A stretch of 64,000 nt of DNA from NCBI RefSeq assembly GCF_009834535.1, contig NC_045696.1, forward strand, positions 107,510,001-107,574,000, written 5' to 3'. Shown here one piece after another: positions 1 to 13,780 of the stretch. The translations under genes were made by a program, and so were the position numbers. This DNA is from Camelus ferus. Lineage: Eukaryota. Within the stretch, counting starts at the first letter, position 1. The number at the start of each line of letters is the position of its first letter. The notes under the pieces are model-generated. The model was given only the letters and a program-made list of their open reading frames with translations. It searched no databases and was not told where the DNA came from.

Positions 1-1800
1 TAAAAGTTTTAACACTCTTGTTCCTTAGATTGTGAGGGAATAGACACTATTGCATTGTTTGTTGAAATACAAATTGTATGTCTCTCCTGGAAAGAGATTT
101 GGCAGTATCTACCAGAGCTACATATGTTTTTATCTTTTGACCTAGCCATCCTACTTCTGGAATTTTGCTATGAAGATATACCTCCAGTATTACAAAAATA
201 AGTGCACAGTGTTATTCAATACAATATTATTTATAGTTGCAAAATACTGGAAACAACCTAAATGCTCAGATATAGGACAGTGATTGAATATACCGTGGTA
301 TAGTTTATATGATGGAGTTTTTTGGCATTGCAAAGAAGTGTGAGGAAGATCTTTATGGACTGATGCAGGGAGATTTTCAGGATATGTTTTTCAGTGCAAG
401 GTGCAATAGAGTGCCTGAAAGTGTTCAACTTGTTTTTCAAAGAAAGAAGGGGAAATAATAGAATAAACACATATATTTGTTCATTTGACCAGAAAGAAAC
501 AAAGGAAAGATAAGCCAGAGAGTAATGATTGGTTGTCTACAGGGTGTGAGTGTATGTAAATGAGATGGAAAGTTTAGAGGGTATTGGGGTGAAAGGATAA
601 TACTTAATGGAATATACTTTTGTATAGTCTTGGAGTTACCTTCATTTCCCACATACTCACAAAAAAAAAAAAAAAAGGAAAGAAAAATCAGTAAAAATGA
701 GGTGAAATCCTAAAAGTGGATGCAAACAGAGCAGATGAACCACACCATGCCATATCATAAATAACATAACCACACTGAAGAGTGTAAAAAGTAAAGTAAA
801 TTTTGAACGCAGTGCTTGGGCTACAAAACTACTGGGGGAAAGTGAAGAACACAATATTTACCTAGTCTCCAATTGTTTCCTTACAAGATAACAAGGTATC
901 TGTTATGGGTAAAATGGTACTTTACCTGTATAAACTTGGTATACACAACCATAAACATATGATGAAAGCAACATTGCCAGTTATTAAACCAGTTGATAGC
1001 ACATAATTCATGGTATGCACTTAGAAGAACTCAACCTCACACTTACAGTATTCTTGCCAAATTTCAGAGTCTGACTCTACTCATGAAGAAACATCAGACA
1101 ACCTAAAGTAAGATGTGTTCTTCAGGATAACTATCCTGTACTCTTCAATAATGTCAGTGTTGTGAAATACAAAGAAATGGCTCAGGAGCTGTTTCAGACC
1201 AGAGACTAAAGGAAATGAATGCAGTACAGTATATCAGATTTTTCCTTTTGATAGAACATTATTGAGACAAATACTGAAATCAGTTCTGTGGATTAGAACA
1301 TACATATTGTATTGTTAATTTCATCACTCTAATCATTGTGCTATAGTTGTATAAGAGGGTTTTTTTGCTTTTGAGTTTTGTTTTGTTTTGTATTTTTGGT
1401 TTAGGGAAATAAACACAAGAGTAATGAAGAGTGAAAGAAGGCTAAAACAAATATAAAATGTTTACATCGGGAATTTGGTGATGAGTATTCAGTAGTTCCT
1501 TGTCCTTTTTTTTTTTTTTTTAACAACTTTTCTGTTAACTCTAGAAGGTAAAAAAATGAAAGGAAAAGAAAGAAAAAAGCCTTTTAACACCAAAGCCAAC
1601 AGCATGCTCAAGGGAAACTAGTAGAGTCATGTTCACTAAAGTCAAACAAGGCAAGGAGGCCCACTCTCACAACTCTTATTTAGCATTATATTGGCAGTAT
1701 AAAACAACACATTTAGAAAATAAAGTGGATATGACCACTATTTGTGAGCAATATTGAAAGTTTAGAAAGTTCAGAAGTCGTTGCAAAACTAAGAAAAGCA
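1..1800 (+). mobile_element. Ancient L1 (L1MC/L1ME-type) 3' and ORF2 fragments
   Basis: Degenerate L1 motifs such as gacctagccatcctacttctggaattt, ggaaacaacctaaatg and cccactctcacaactcttatttagcatt. Confidence 0.6.
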
Positions 1801-1820
1801 ATAGGATAATTCTGAAAAAG

Positions 1821-3158
1821 GAAGATCAAAATGGCAGAATAGGAGGATGCCAAGCTCCCCCCGCCCCAAAACACCTCAGAAATACAGTACATGTAGAGCT
1901 ACTTGCTGAGAACAAACTGAAGGCTGGTAGAAAGGATCTTCTAGAACCAAGGTTATAATGAAAGATCCAAATGGAGTTGGGTAGGAAGGGAGGAGAAATG
2001 ATCAGAACAAGACTTGTACTCCTAGCATGGAACACAGAAAAGGAGGGAATATCAGAAGCTTGGGGATCCTCCCTGGGGAGTAAGAGGTTTTAGCTACATG
2101 TTGGGTAACCCAGCTTTGGGATCCAACACCAGGAAGATAAGTCCCCTTAGCTGGTTTGAAATCAAGACAAAGTAGACTTTAAAACAAAGCCTACAACAAA
2201 AGACAAGGCCACTGTATAGTGATAAAGGCATCCATGCAAGAAGAGGAGAACATTCATTAACATATATGCAGGTAATGTGGGAACTCCTAAATATATAAAG
2301 TAAAAATTAGCAGACATAAAAGGAAAAATTGACAATAGTACAGTAATAGTAAGGACTTCAGCACCTCACTTACCTCAATGGACAGACATTCAGAAAGAAA
2401 ATCTGTAAGAGTGGTCTTAAGTGACATATTAGACCAGTTGGATTTAACAGACATCTACAGGACATTACATGCCCAAACAACAGAATACACTTTCTTTTCA
2501 AGTGCACATGGAACGTTCTCCAGGATAGATCATGTGGTAGGCCACAAAACATGTCTCAGAAATTTAAGAGGATATAAATTAATTCAAACATTTTTCCCCC
2601 TACCACAACCAGTATGAAAGTAGAAATCAGTTACAGGAAGAACACAGATATGTGCAAACTAAACAATATGCTACAGAAAAACCAATGGGTTAAAGAAGAA
2701 ATCAAAGAGGAAATTAGAAAATACTTTAAGACAAATGAAAATAAAAGCACAACTTTTCAAAAATCTGTTGGATGTAACAAAAGCAGTTATAGCAATACAG
2801 CCCTACCTCAAGAAACAAGAAAAATCTCAAGTAAACAACCTAACCTACCATCTAAAGAAATTAGAATAAGAAGGACAAACAACATCATGTCAGCGAAAGA
2901 AGGAAACAATAAAGGTCAGAGAGAAAATGAATAGAGAACAAAAACAAACAACAATGAAAAAGATCAATGAAACCAAGAGTTAATGTTTTGAAAGGATAAA
3001 CAAAACTGATTAGCTTTTATTTATCCAGGCTCCTTAAGAAAATGAGAGAGGATCCAAATGAACAAAATAAGAAATTAAAGAGGATAAACTATAACTGCTA
3101 CCACAGAGATATCAAAAATAATAAGAGAATACTACAAACAGTTATATGACAACAAATT
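1821..3158 (+). mobile_element. L1 5'UTR start (1821-2160) fused to an ORF2 endonuclease/linker fragment (2161-3158)
   Basis: CAAAATGGC YY1-type start at 1827-1835. ORF 2378..2617 gives DLTDIYRTLH..EYTFFSSAHGTFSRIDH (EN domain); ORF 2614..2934 gives NQWVKEEIKEEIRKY. Confidence 0.85.
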
Positions 3159-6100
3159 GTGGGGGCAAAATGTAGTCTAAGCCACAACTGGCCATGTGTG
3201 CAGGGTGGAGCCAAATTCCACCATAGAATCTCCATTGTTAACTCTTGTGTGATGGAAGGTCCAAGGTCCTGCAATAGCCTCTTTCTCATTGTGCTCACAG
3301 TGGGTGTGGCTCCAGTTCTAAGAGCTCTAGGAGCACTCAGGCACCAGCAGACTGCCAACATGCAGAGGCGGGGGCTGAAATCTGAGCCAGTCCCTTAGGG
3401 CCTCATGACTTCGGAAGCAGGACTGAAATCTGAGCAGTGTCCCAGTGGCTGTGTGATTTGTGGGTTTATGCTGCCACAGATGGCTTTGTAAGCTCAGCTC
3501 AGGCAGGACATCTGAGCAGATTACTGGTGCTTCTGTGGCTGGGATGGGTTGGTGTTAGCCGTAGGCTTTATTGGCATTTGCATATGGAGGCAGGGATGGG
3601 ATCTGGGCTGATTCCATATCTCCCACGGCTTGTCCAGGTGTGTGATACAGTGGTCCCCATTACTGACTTCAACAGATGTGCTCTGGTGGCTTTGTGAGCA
3701 CAGTGCCTGAGAGACACATGAGCCTACTGCCTGCATTTCCATGGTTGAGGCGGAGCTGAGGATAGTGTTTACAGCAGTGTACTTTATAAGCACAGACTGT
3801 GGGTAATAGGCAACATCACAGAGTGTGCTTCTCAGTGGACAGCTCCTGTAGAGGAATAGTCAGTGGCTCCTCTCCCAACAGGAGTGCTCCAGTTCCACCT
3901 ACCTCACACTGCAGCTCAGAAATGGATATGGTGGCTGCTACTCCAACAACCAGGGAGCAGACCCTGCCTGAGAGGGCTGTGACAAGCACAGAGCAAAAAG
4001 AGGTTCCTACTTAACATCCATTGCAGATTCTGGATACCACAACACCAATCACCAACTGTCAAGGGGATAATGGCCAGCTTACACTGAGGAAAGACGTGGC
4101 AGCCATCTATACTAAAACCAACTCTTGCAACAAAAATATTAGACTTACACAGGCTACAGAGGGATGCTCCTACATAAAAACAGGCCTTCACAACCACAGT
4201 AGATAACTGTTTCTGCTGAAGTCATAGAATCAGAGACATATAAGTAAAATGCAGAAGTAGAGGACTTCCAGTTAAAAGATCAAGAGACATCCCCTGAAAT
4301 AACAAACAATGAGACAGACCTCTCCAGTCTGTTAAACCCTTAGTGGTAATAAAAATACTGAAGGAATTAAGAAAGGCTATTGATAGAGATTCAGATTACT
4401 GTAAAAAAAAAAAAAAACCTGGAAACAATAAAGAAGAACCATTTGAACTTAGAAAACTCATATGCTGAGATGAATGCTGACCTAAAAGCAATAAATAGGA
4501 AACTGAATAATGCAGAAGAACAAATAAGTGATCTGGAATATAGAATAATGGAAATAACCCAATCAGAGCATCAGACAGAAAGACAAATGAAGAAACAAAA
4601 GCAATATATGAGACCTATGGGATAATATAAAGCATGCCAATCTATGCTAGTAGGGATCCCAGAAGTAGAAGAAAGAGAAAAGGAGATCAAAATATACTTG
4701 AAGAAATTATGGCTGAAAATTTCCCAAACCTGGAGAAGGAAACATATCAGTTACAAGAAGCACAGAGGATCCAAAATAAGATAAACTCTAACAGACCTAC
4801 ACCAGAACGTATTATAATTCAGATGGCAAAAATTAAAGAAAATCCTAAAGGCAGCAAGAGAAAAACAGTTAATTACAAGGGAACTCCTATATGACTCTCA
4901 GCTGATTTCTCTAAGGTAAATACTGCTGGCCAGAAGGGAGTGGCAAGATATAGATCAAAGTCCTGAAAGGGAAAAACCTGCAACCTAGGGAACTCTATCC
5001 TGCACAATTATAACTTAGAATAGAAGGAGAGAGAAAGAATTCCTCCCACAAGCAAAAACTAAAAGAATGCAGCAGTCCTAACCTATCCTAAAAGAAGTAT
5101 TGAAAGGTCTTCTCTAAATAGGAAAGAAGCAAAAATCTATAGGAAAGAGAAAACCACAATTTGGAAGTAAATCACTTAAATGAGCCAGTATACAGATTTT
5201 TTTTTAAATTGAAAGTTTTTGTGAAAGCAATAATAATTGCAATTAACAGAAAAAGGATAAACATGAAGGTGTAAAAGAGGATATCAAAATCAAAAAGTGT
5301 AGGGGAGGGGAGTAAGAAATGTAGGTTTTATTTTATTTTTTAAGAATATGTTTGAGCCTGTATGACTACCTCTCTAAAGCAAGTAGCTGTAGTAATGGGT
5401 TAACGTACTTAAAAAATAGGGTTAACCACAAATAAAAAGCATACAGTAGAGTCAACAAAACCAAAAGGAAATCAAGATAATACAAAAGAAAATTATGAAA
5501 CCACAAAAAGAAGAAAAGAAAGGAACAAAGAGGAAATACCAAATCAACTGTAAAACTAAATTCATAATGGCAATAAACACACGTCTTTCAATAATTACTA
5601 GAAATGTCAATGGACTAAATACTCCAATCAAAAGACATAGAGTGGCAGATTGGATAATAAAACAAGAGCCTATAGTATGCTGCCTACAGGACATCCACTT
5701 TAGGGTGAAAGGACACACATAGAAAAATGAGAGGATGGAAAAAGATACTTAATGCAAACAGAAAGGACAAGAAAGCAAGGATAGCAATATCAGACGAAAT
5801 AGGCTTTAAAACAAAGGCTATTAAAGAAAAAGATGAACATCATATAATGATAAATGGATCAATACAGAAAGAGGATTTTACACTTACTAACATATATGCA
5901 GCCAATATAGGAGCACCTAAACATGTAAAATGAATACTAACAGACATAAAGGGAGAAATTAATGGAAATATAGTACCGTAGGAGACTTTTAACATCCCAC
6001 TAACATTAATGGACAGATTTTCCAGGCAGGAAATAAAAAAGCCACAGAGACCCTAAATGACACAATAGAACAGTTCGACTTAATTGATACTTTCAGGATG

Positions 6101-9100
6101 TTACATCCAAGAGAAACCAGATATACATTTTTTTCAAGTGCTCATGGAATAATCTCTAGGATAGACCACATACTGGGACAAAAACAAGCCTCATTAAATT
6201 TAATAGGATGGAAATTGGTTCAAGAAATTATTTGTTTTCTGACCACAGAGGCATGAAACTAGAAATCAACCACAGAAAGAGAAATGAGAAAAAAAAAATG
6301 ATCACATGGAGACTAAAGAACATGCTACTAAAAAAATGAGTTGGTCGATGATTAAAGCACAGAGGAAATTAAAAATACCTTAAGACAAAATGGCAATGAG
6401 AACACAATAATACAAAATCTGTGGGGTGCATCAAAAGCACTCATTAGGGGGAAATTCATAACAATACAGGCCTTTTTCAAAAACAAGAAAATTCTCAAAT
6501 AAAAAACCTAACTGCTATCTAAAACAATTAGAAAAAAAAGGACAAACAAATCCTAAAGTCAACAGAAGGAAGGAAATAATAAAGATCAGGGAGAAAAGAA
6601 ATAGAGATTTTAAAAAGCAATAGAAAAACCAATAAACCAAGAGCTGGTTCTTTGAAAGGGTAACCAAAATAAAAAAAAAACTCTGACCAGACTCACCCAG
6701 AAAAGAGAGGACCCAAATGAAGAAAATAACAAATGTAAGAGAACAGATAACCACAGAAATAGAAAAAAACCATAAGAGAAAACTATGAACAATTATATGC
6801 CAACAAATTGGACAATCTAGAAGAAATGGACAAGTTTCTAGAAACAGACAGTTCACCAAAATTCAATCAAGAGGAAATAGATAATTTGATCAGACTGATC
6901 ACTAGTAATGAAACAGAATCTGTTAAAAAAAAAAAAAAAAAGCAAACTCACTGCAAACCAAAGTCCAGGACCAGATGGCTTCACTGGGGAATTCTATCAA
7001 ACATACAAAGAAGAGCTCATACCAGTCCTTCTCAAACTCTCAAAAAGACTGAAGAGGAGGGAACACTCCCACATTCATATGTGAAGTCACTGTCACCTTG
7101 ATACCAAAATCAGACAAAGACAAAGCCAGAAAAGAAAATTACAGGCCAGTATCTTTGATGAATATAGATGCAAATATGCTCAACAAAATATTAGCAAACA
7201 GAATTCAACAACACATAAAAAGGATCATATACTGTGATCAAGTTGGATTCATCCCAGGACACAAAGATGTTATGCAAATCAATAAATGTGATACACCACA
7301 TCAACAAAAGAAAGGACGAAAACCACATGATCATACCAATTGGTGCAGAAAAAGGATTTGATAAAATTCAGCATCCATTGATGATAAAAACTCTTTCCAA
7401 AGGTGTATTGAGGGAACATATCTGAATGTAATAAAAGCTATTTTTGACAAACTCACAGCCAACATAATACTCAGTGGTGAAAAGCTAAAAGCCTTCCCAC
7501 TAACGTCTGGATCAAGACAAAGACATCCACTCTCACCACTTCTATACACCATAGTATTGGAAGTGCTATCCACAGCAGTCAGACAAGAAAAAGAAATAAA
7601 GGCATCCAAATTTGAAGGGAAGAAGTAAAGCTGTCAGTATTGTTGGATGATATGATACTATATATTATAGGAGACCCTGATGTCTCCACCAAAATACTGT
7701 TATAACTATGAAATGAATTTAGTAACATTGCTTGATACAAGATTAATATACAGAAATCTGTTGTTTTTCTATACAGTAGCAATGGACTATCAGAGAAAAC
7801 AAGTAAACAATCCTGTTTAAAATAGGATCAAAAAGAAGAAAATAGCTAGTAATAAACTTAACCAAGAAGGTGATAGACCTGTACTCTGAAAACTATACAA
7901 TATTATTTAAGGAAATTGAAGATGATACAGAGAAATGGAAAGATATCTCACATTTGTGTACTGAAAAAATTAATATTGTTAAAATGTCCATAGTACCCAA
8001 AGCAACCTACAGATGTAATACAGTCTCTTTCAGAATATCTGTGACATTTTTTACAGCACTAGTATAAATAATTCTGAAATGTATATGAAACCTGGAAGAC
8101 CCTTAATAGTCAAAGCAATCTTGATTAAAATGTTAAAGGTGGAGGTAACTTGCTCCCTGACTCCTGACTTTACTATAAACCCATAGTAATCCAAAGAGTA
8201 TGGTACTATCACAAAAACATCTACATAGGCAGATGATTAGAACAGGATACAGAGCCCAGAAATAAACCCACACATGTATAGTCAGTAAATCTACAACAGA
8301 AGAGGAAAAAATATATAATAGGATAAAGACAGACTTCTCAATAAGGATTGCTGGGAGAACTGGACAGCTACATTCAAAAGAAACTGGACCACTTTCTCAC
8401 ACCATATTCAAAAACAATATCAAAATGGATTAAAAAGTTAAGTGTTAAGACCTGAAGCCATAAAACTTTGGGAATAAATCATCAGCAGTACTCTCTTTGA
8501 CATCAATTTTAGCAAGTTTTTTGTTGTTGTTGTTGTTTTGTTTTGATGTCTCCTCAGCCAAGGGAAACAAAGGCACATATAAACAAATGGACTATATCAA
8601 TCTTACAAGCTTTTCCATATTGAAGAAACCTGTCAACAAAACAAAAACAACACCTACTGAATGAGAGATTATATTTGTAAACAGTATATTCAACAAGGGG
8701 TTTAATATGTAAAATTATATAAAGAACTCATAAAGAACTTGTAACAGCTCAACATGAGAAAAACAAACAATCCAAGCGTAAATGAGCAGAGGACGTGAGT
8801 AGACGTTTTTCCAAGGAAAGCTTACATATGGCCAACAGACACATGAAAAGATGTTCAGTGTCAATGATCATTATAGAAACGCAAATCAAAACCATAGTGA
8901 GGTATCACTGCACGTCTGTCAGAATGGCTGTCATCAACAATACTACAAATAACAAATTTTGGTAAGTACCTGGAGAAAATGGAATTGTAGTACACTGTTG
9001 GTGAGAATTTAAATTTGTGCAGCCACTGTGGGAAACCTGTTGAATGTTCTTCAAAAACTGAAAATAGAACTCCTGTATGACTCAGTGGTTGTACTCCTGG

Positions 9101-9500
9101 GTATATGTCCAAAGAAAACAAAATCACTAATTTGAAGAGGTATATATACCTCTAGAGTTCATAGCAGCCTTTTTTAGTGACCAAAATATAGAAACAATCT
9201 AAGTGTCCAATAATAGATGAATGGATAAAGAAGAAGTATATATACACAGTGGAATATTACTCAGCCATAAAAAAGATGAAATCGCCATTAGCAACAACGT
9301 GGGTGGAACTGGCGGGGGGGGTTTGCTTTGTGAAATAAGTCAAATGGAGACAGACTAATACTCTATGTTACCACGTATATGTGGAATCTGAAAAATAAGG
9401 ACAATAATGTAATAGAAAAGACTCACAGAGAACAAGCTGGAAGTTGGAAAAGCGGTGGGGTAGGACAAAATAGGGGTAGGGGATTAGAAATACAAACTAC
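3159..9500 (+). mobile_element. Near full-length decayed LINE-1: GC-richer 5'UTR 3159-4248, ORF1 4249-5117, spacer, ORF2 5567-~9358, partial 3'UTR
   Basis: ORF1 fragments (EEQISDLE, EEIMAENFPNL) and ORF2 fragments (NVNGLNTPIKR..CCLQD, DNLEEMDKFLE, ENYRPVSLMNIDA). Many stops and frameshifts; no poly(A) tail seen. Confidence 0.95.
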
Positions 9501-10704
9501 ATAGGTAATATGTTTGTTTTATCTTTGAATAGGCAATTAAAAGTGGTGGAATAAAATACCTCTTTTTTAAGGTAAAAATATGGCAGATGTAGGAAGTTAT
9601 TTCTTATAAACACCTCACTTAATAATAATGTACACCAAGATAAATTTCCAGTGCATCAGGATTTTAAATAGAAAAACAACAACAGATAGCAGAAACAAAG
9701 AAGCCAATTAAAAAAAGAACAAATAAAATACCAGAAAGGAGATAATAAAAGCACTGGAAGAAGACATGGAAGAAATTTTTTATTAACTTGGAGTGGAAAA
9801 GATTTTTTTTAATGTGACTCAAAATTAAGTATAACTAAAAATCTGTAAGTTATAAAATAAAGAATTGATAAACTACAATTAAAACAATATTCAAAACATT
9901 TGTATGGTTCGCACATTTTAGGGAAAGTTCAGAAGCTAAAGGACAAATAGAGAAATCTTTTTGTATTACAAAGGCCAGTCTCTCTATTATTTATTGAGAT
10001 AGGATTGGTATTTTATAAGGACTTGTTTTGTTATAAAGTAAGTTCCAATATCCATTTGGTGTTTTTTCATGGCAGCCCATTTCCCTAACTGCGTAAGAAA
10101 CAAGGGAAAAAGGATGTTTAAAAATTGGCTAAAGAGGGATGAGAACCAGGTTAGGGAGCAAAAAGTTACAAACTTTCCTACTTCTTGGCTAGAAGGGACA
10201 TCCTCACCAATTGACACAACAAACTAGAACATCATGTCACGAGTAGAGTTTCAGCAGACCCTCTTCCGTTTTGCTCTGTTACTATTATTTTCTCATCTTG
10301 AGCCTAGGGAGTGGTATTAGTTTCCTACATTAGCTATTTTAAGTTGCATCAGCAACCCTAGCTGTTTCCTTAATCTTGCTCACACATCTATATTCTCCTC
10401 ATTAGAATCTCTTCATTTAAACCATCTGGAGTGAATTCTATTTACTACTGGAAGTCTTAGTTGAAATATACTGACTAATTCAGTATGTGATAATAGAGTA
10501 TGTTCAGTATCAACAAAGTAGCAAAGATCACAGAAGAAAAGTTGATTTATGCACTATTCACTTAGAGTTTGCATTTTAAAAGCTGTATAACTTCATGTAT
10601 TTTCAAAGAAATAAATTCTGAGAAGAGAACTGAGAACACAATAGTAGGTGTTATGCATAACAAAATAAACATCTGTTATTCCCGTTGTCAAATTATTATT
10701 CCTT

Positions 10705-10891
10705 TAAAAACTGAGAATAGACTTATCCTATGATCCATCAATCCCACTACTGGGCATGTATCCACAGGAAACTAATTTGAAAAGATAGGTGAACCCATGT
10801 TCATCCCAGCTCTATTTACAATAGCCAAGACATGGAAGCAACCTAAATGTCCATCGACAGATGACTGAGGTGACTGGATAGAGAAACTGTG

Positions 10892-10952
<61 letters not shown>

Positions 10953-11140
10953 ACATATATATATGACTCAGCCATAAAAAAGAATAAAATATTGCCATTT
11001 GCAGCAACATAGATGGACCTGAGATTGTCATATTAAGTGAAGTAAGTCAGAAAGAGAAAGAAAAATACCACGTGATATCACTTATATGTAGAATCTTTTA
11101 AAAAAGACACAATTGAACTGACAAAACAGACAGATTCACA
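10705..11140 (+). mobile_element. 5'-truncated L1 3' end containing a (TA)n
   Basis: tatgatccatcaatcccactactggg, aagcaacctaaatgtccatcgacagatg and aagtgaagtaagtcag motifs. Confidence 0.9.
10897..10950. repeat. (TA)27 microsatellite
   Basis: Perfect dinucleotide run read directly. Confidence 0.97.
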
Positions 11141-11949
11141 AAGTATTACTGTTTAATACATCATTGGTACAGGCATTTATATTTTGGTATATAGTAACAC
11201 CAGTATGTAACCGATTTGGCGGATAAATAGTTTCAGTCACAGTGTGCCTTTTTTTAAGTTATTAAAGGGTGTGTTTATCAAACTGGTTTATTTTGGGTCA
11301 GAAATAACCTTTCTTAGGTGGTTATAACAAGTAATAGTTCTATTTTGTGGTGCTTGTGCCTAGCAGTGGGTTTCCAAATACAAGGGCTTTCTAGGTTAGG
11401 ATTGCTGGAGTATTGATCTCACCCAGTAACAGTTACTCCAAGTGTTTCCTGAAGTTTCATGTCTCATGGGCAGATTACTGTCTCAATAATTTTTTCATTG
11501 TATCGGTAGGCCAAAAAATACCGAAAAGATTTTTTTTTTAAGTAGTTCGTTCCAAACAATTTAAGTATGTCTTAACAACTTAATAGCTATTTGGCAAAAT
11601 GATAAACATCATTTTGGAAGAAAAATTAAAATGCTATTCTATTTGTAAATAATCACAATTGGGCACTATATGACCACCCCAACCTTCATTTTTCATATCT
11701 GGGTGGGGATGGGACATTGGTTGATAACTACTGCTATACATTGATGCAAGATGAATTTACATCTTTATAAAACTGAGTCTTCCAGTTTATGGTCATTGTA
11801 TATATTGCTCCATTTATTTAGGTCTCTCTTTTCATTCAGGATTTTAGAGGGTATTTTTATGTATGAATGAAAAGGTTTTACATATGTGTTAACCAAAATT
11901 TTCATTTGTGGACTTTAGGCCTTTAAAAAATTTATTGTAAGTGGATCTT

Positions 11950-12730
11950 TTTTTAAGTAGACTTTATTTTTTATAGGAGTTCCAGGTTTACAAAAGAAAA
12001 TTAAGCCAAAATTACAGAGTTCCCATATACCATCCTCTCCCCTCCAGTTTCCTCTGTTAACATTTTGTATTAGTGTCGTACATTTGTTAAAATTGAAGAA
12101 CCAGTAATGATACATTATTATTAACCAAAGTCCATAGTTCACATTAGGTCTTATAATTATACAACCTAAAAACTGAGAATTATGTTTTATTCAGCAGACT
12201 TGCTGAAGTCTTAAGCCCAGGAGATAGTCTCTCAGATAACTCTGAGGGACCACTCCGACGAGGTAAGAGAGGAGCCCTGATATATAGGAGTTTTTGCAAC
12301 AAAAACCAGGTAGTCAGAACATCAGAATATTACTGTTAATTAAAGAAAAACCAGACACTTAAGTTAATGAATTTAGAACTTTGTATGGGAAAATGCAACA
12401 GTCTCGTCTCATTGAAATAATTCCTTTGATATGCACCTTAACTTGTGTCCTTTCTTTTTTCATCCTGAATCCCCTCAGTGTGCAGAGTGGGTGTGGCTAC
12501 AGTGGCTGATGGCTTGATGGTCACAACATCCTTTGTTTACTGATCTGGCAGAGCAGATTTCTTCCTTCACAGATGTACTCTTTGTGTTATAAATTTCTAT
12601 GGATTTTGAAAATGCACTACTATAGTATCAAACAATAGTTTCACTGTCCTAAAAGTCCCCCCTGTGCATCTCCTGTTTATACTTTCCCCAGCTCTTCACC
12701 TCTCATCCATGGCTACCACTGATCTTTTAA
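11950..12730 (-). mobile_element. L1MC/MD-type 3' end interrupted by an LTR
   Basis: aaagtccatagttcacattaggt (to ~12149) resumes as actctttgtgttata (~12577). Confidence 0.7.
12150..12571 (-). mobile_element. MER41-like ERV1 solo LTR
   Basis: acaacctaaaaactgagaattatgttttattc...ctctcagataactctgagggac...ttcctttgatatgcacctta...ends in CA. Resembles cetartiodactyl MER41 LTRs. Confidence 0.7.
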
Positions 12731-12739
12731 TTTTAAATC

Positions 12740-13330
12740 TAATATGCATTCTTGAAAGGAATTTAACTTGATCATGGTATATTGTGCTTTTAATATTATT
12801 TCATGCTTTGGTTTGCTAATACTTTGTTTAGGATTTTTTAGATTTGTATTTATCAACTAGATTGGCCTCAATTTTTTCTTTTTATTCTTTCCATTTCAGG
12901 TTTTATTATCAAGGCTTTGCTAACCTCATAAAGATGAATTGTGTAGAATATCTTTATTATTTTCTGGAAGACTATATGAAATTGGAATTAATTATTTACA
13001 GAACATTTGGTAGAATTCACTATTGAAATCATATGGTCCTAAAATTTTTTTATTGGAAGTATTTAAACTACTGATTTAATTTGTTTAACTGACTTAACAG
13101 TATTCTGCTATTTTATTATTTTGACATGCTTTATTTTTCTAGGAAATTCTCCATTTCATCTAAATTTTCATATTTATTTAATAACATTTATAATATCCGC
13201 TTATATTTTTAATTTGTATAACTTGTGATTTTTCGTTTCATTAGTTTAATTCAAAATGTATTTTAATTTTCTTTAATTCATCGACTACTTAAAAGCATAT
13301 TTCTTAATTTGCAAACACAAGGTCTTCTGA
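12740..13330 (-). mobile_element. Old L1 ORF2 fragment
   Basis: acttgatcatggtatatt, tttgctaatactttgtttaggatttt, tttggtagaattcac. Confidence 0.7.
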
Positions 13331-13344
13331 TTAACTTTTGTTTT

Positions 13345-13485
13345 CTTTTATTTTTTATTTATTTAAAAACAATTTTGGGGGGAGGGAGGTAATTCAGGTT
13401 ATTTATTATAATGGAGTTATTGGGGATTGAACCCAGGACCTCGTGCATGCCAAGCATTGCTCTACCACTGAGCTATACCCTCCCC
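13345..13485 (-). mobile_element. Vic-1-type tRNA-derived SINE (camelid)
   Basis: Minus strand reads GGGGAGGGTATAGCTCAGTGGTAGAGC...GGGTTCAATCCCC (A and B boxes) followed by an AT-rich tail. Confidence 0.88.
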
Positions 13486-13489
13486 TCTT

Positions 13490-13600
13490 TGTTTTTTCAT
13501 TTGTATTGAAGTATAGTTAATTTACAGTGTTGTGTTAGCTTCTGGTGTACAGAATAATGATTCTTTTATACATATGTATTCCTTTTCATATTCTTTTCAT
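13490..13600 (-). mobile_element. Younger L1 extreme 3' end
   Basis: tattgaagtatagttaatttacagtgttgtgttagcttctggtgtacag. Confidence 0.8.
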
Positions 13601-13780
13601 ATCCAGTTAATCTTTGGAAAAGGAGGAAGGAATATGCAGTGAAGAAAAAGACAGTCTCTTCAGCAAGTGGTGTTGGGAAAGCTGGACAGCCGCCATTATA
13701 AATCAATGACGTTAGAACACTTTCTCACACGATACTCAAAAATAAACTCAGAATGGCTTAAAGACTTAGATATAAGACCA
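13601..13780 (+). mobile_element. Younger L1 ORF2 fragment, opposite orientation to the adjacent 3' end
   Basis: aaagacagtctcttcagcaagtggtgttgggaaagctggacagc...aaataaactcagaatggcttaaagactt. Confidence 0.8.

Noticed and set aside
4249..9358. Active L1
   Set aside because: Both ORFs are fragmented, the leader is CpG-depleted and no tail or TSD was seen.
12150..12571. MER41-like LTR as an interferon-responsive STAT1 enhancer
   Set aside because: I found no intact TTCNNNGAA GAS motif in this copy.
13411..13485. tRNA-Ala-like sequence (also at 48207-48282 and 48347-48423)
   Set aside because: Degenerate stems, SINE-type tail and multiple copies indicate SINE heads, not tRNA genes.
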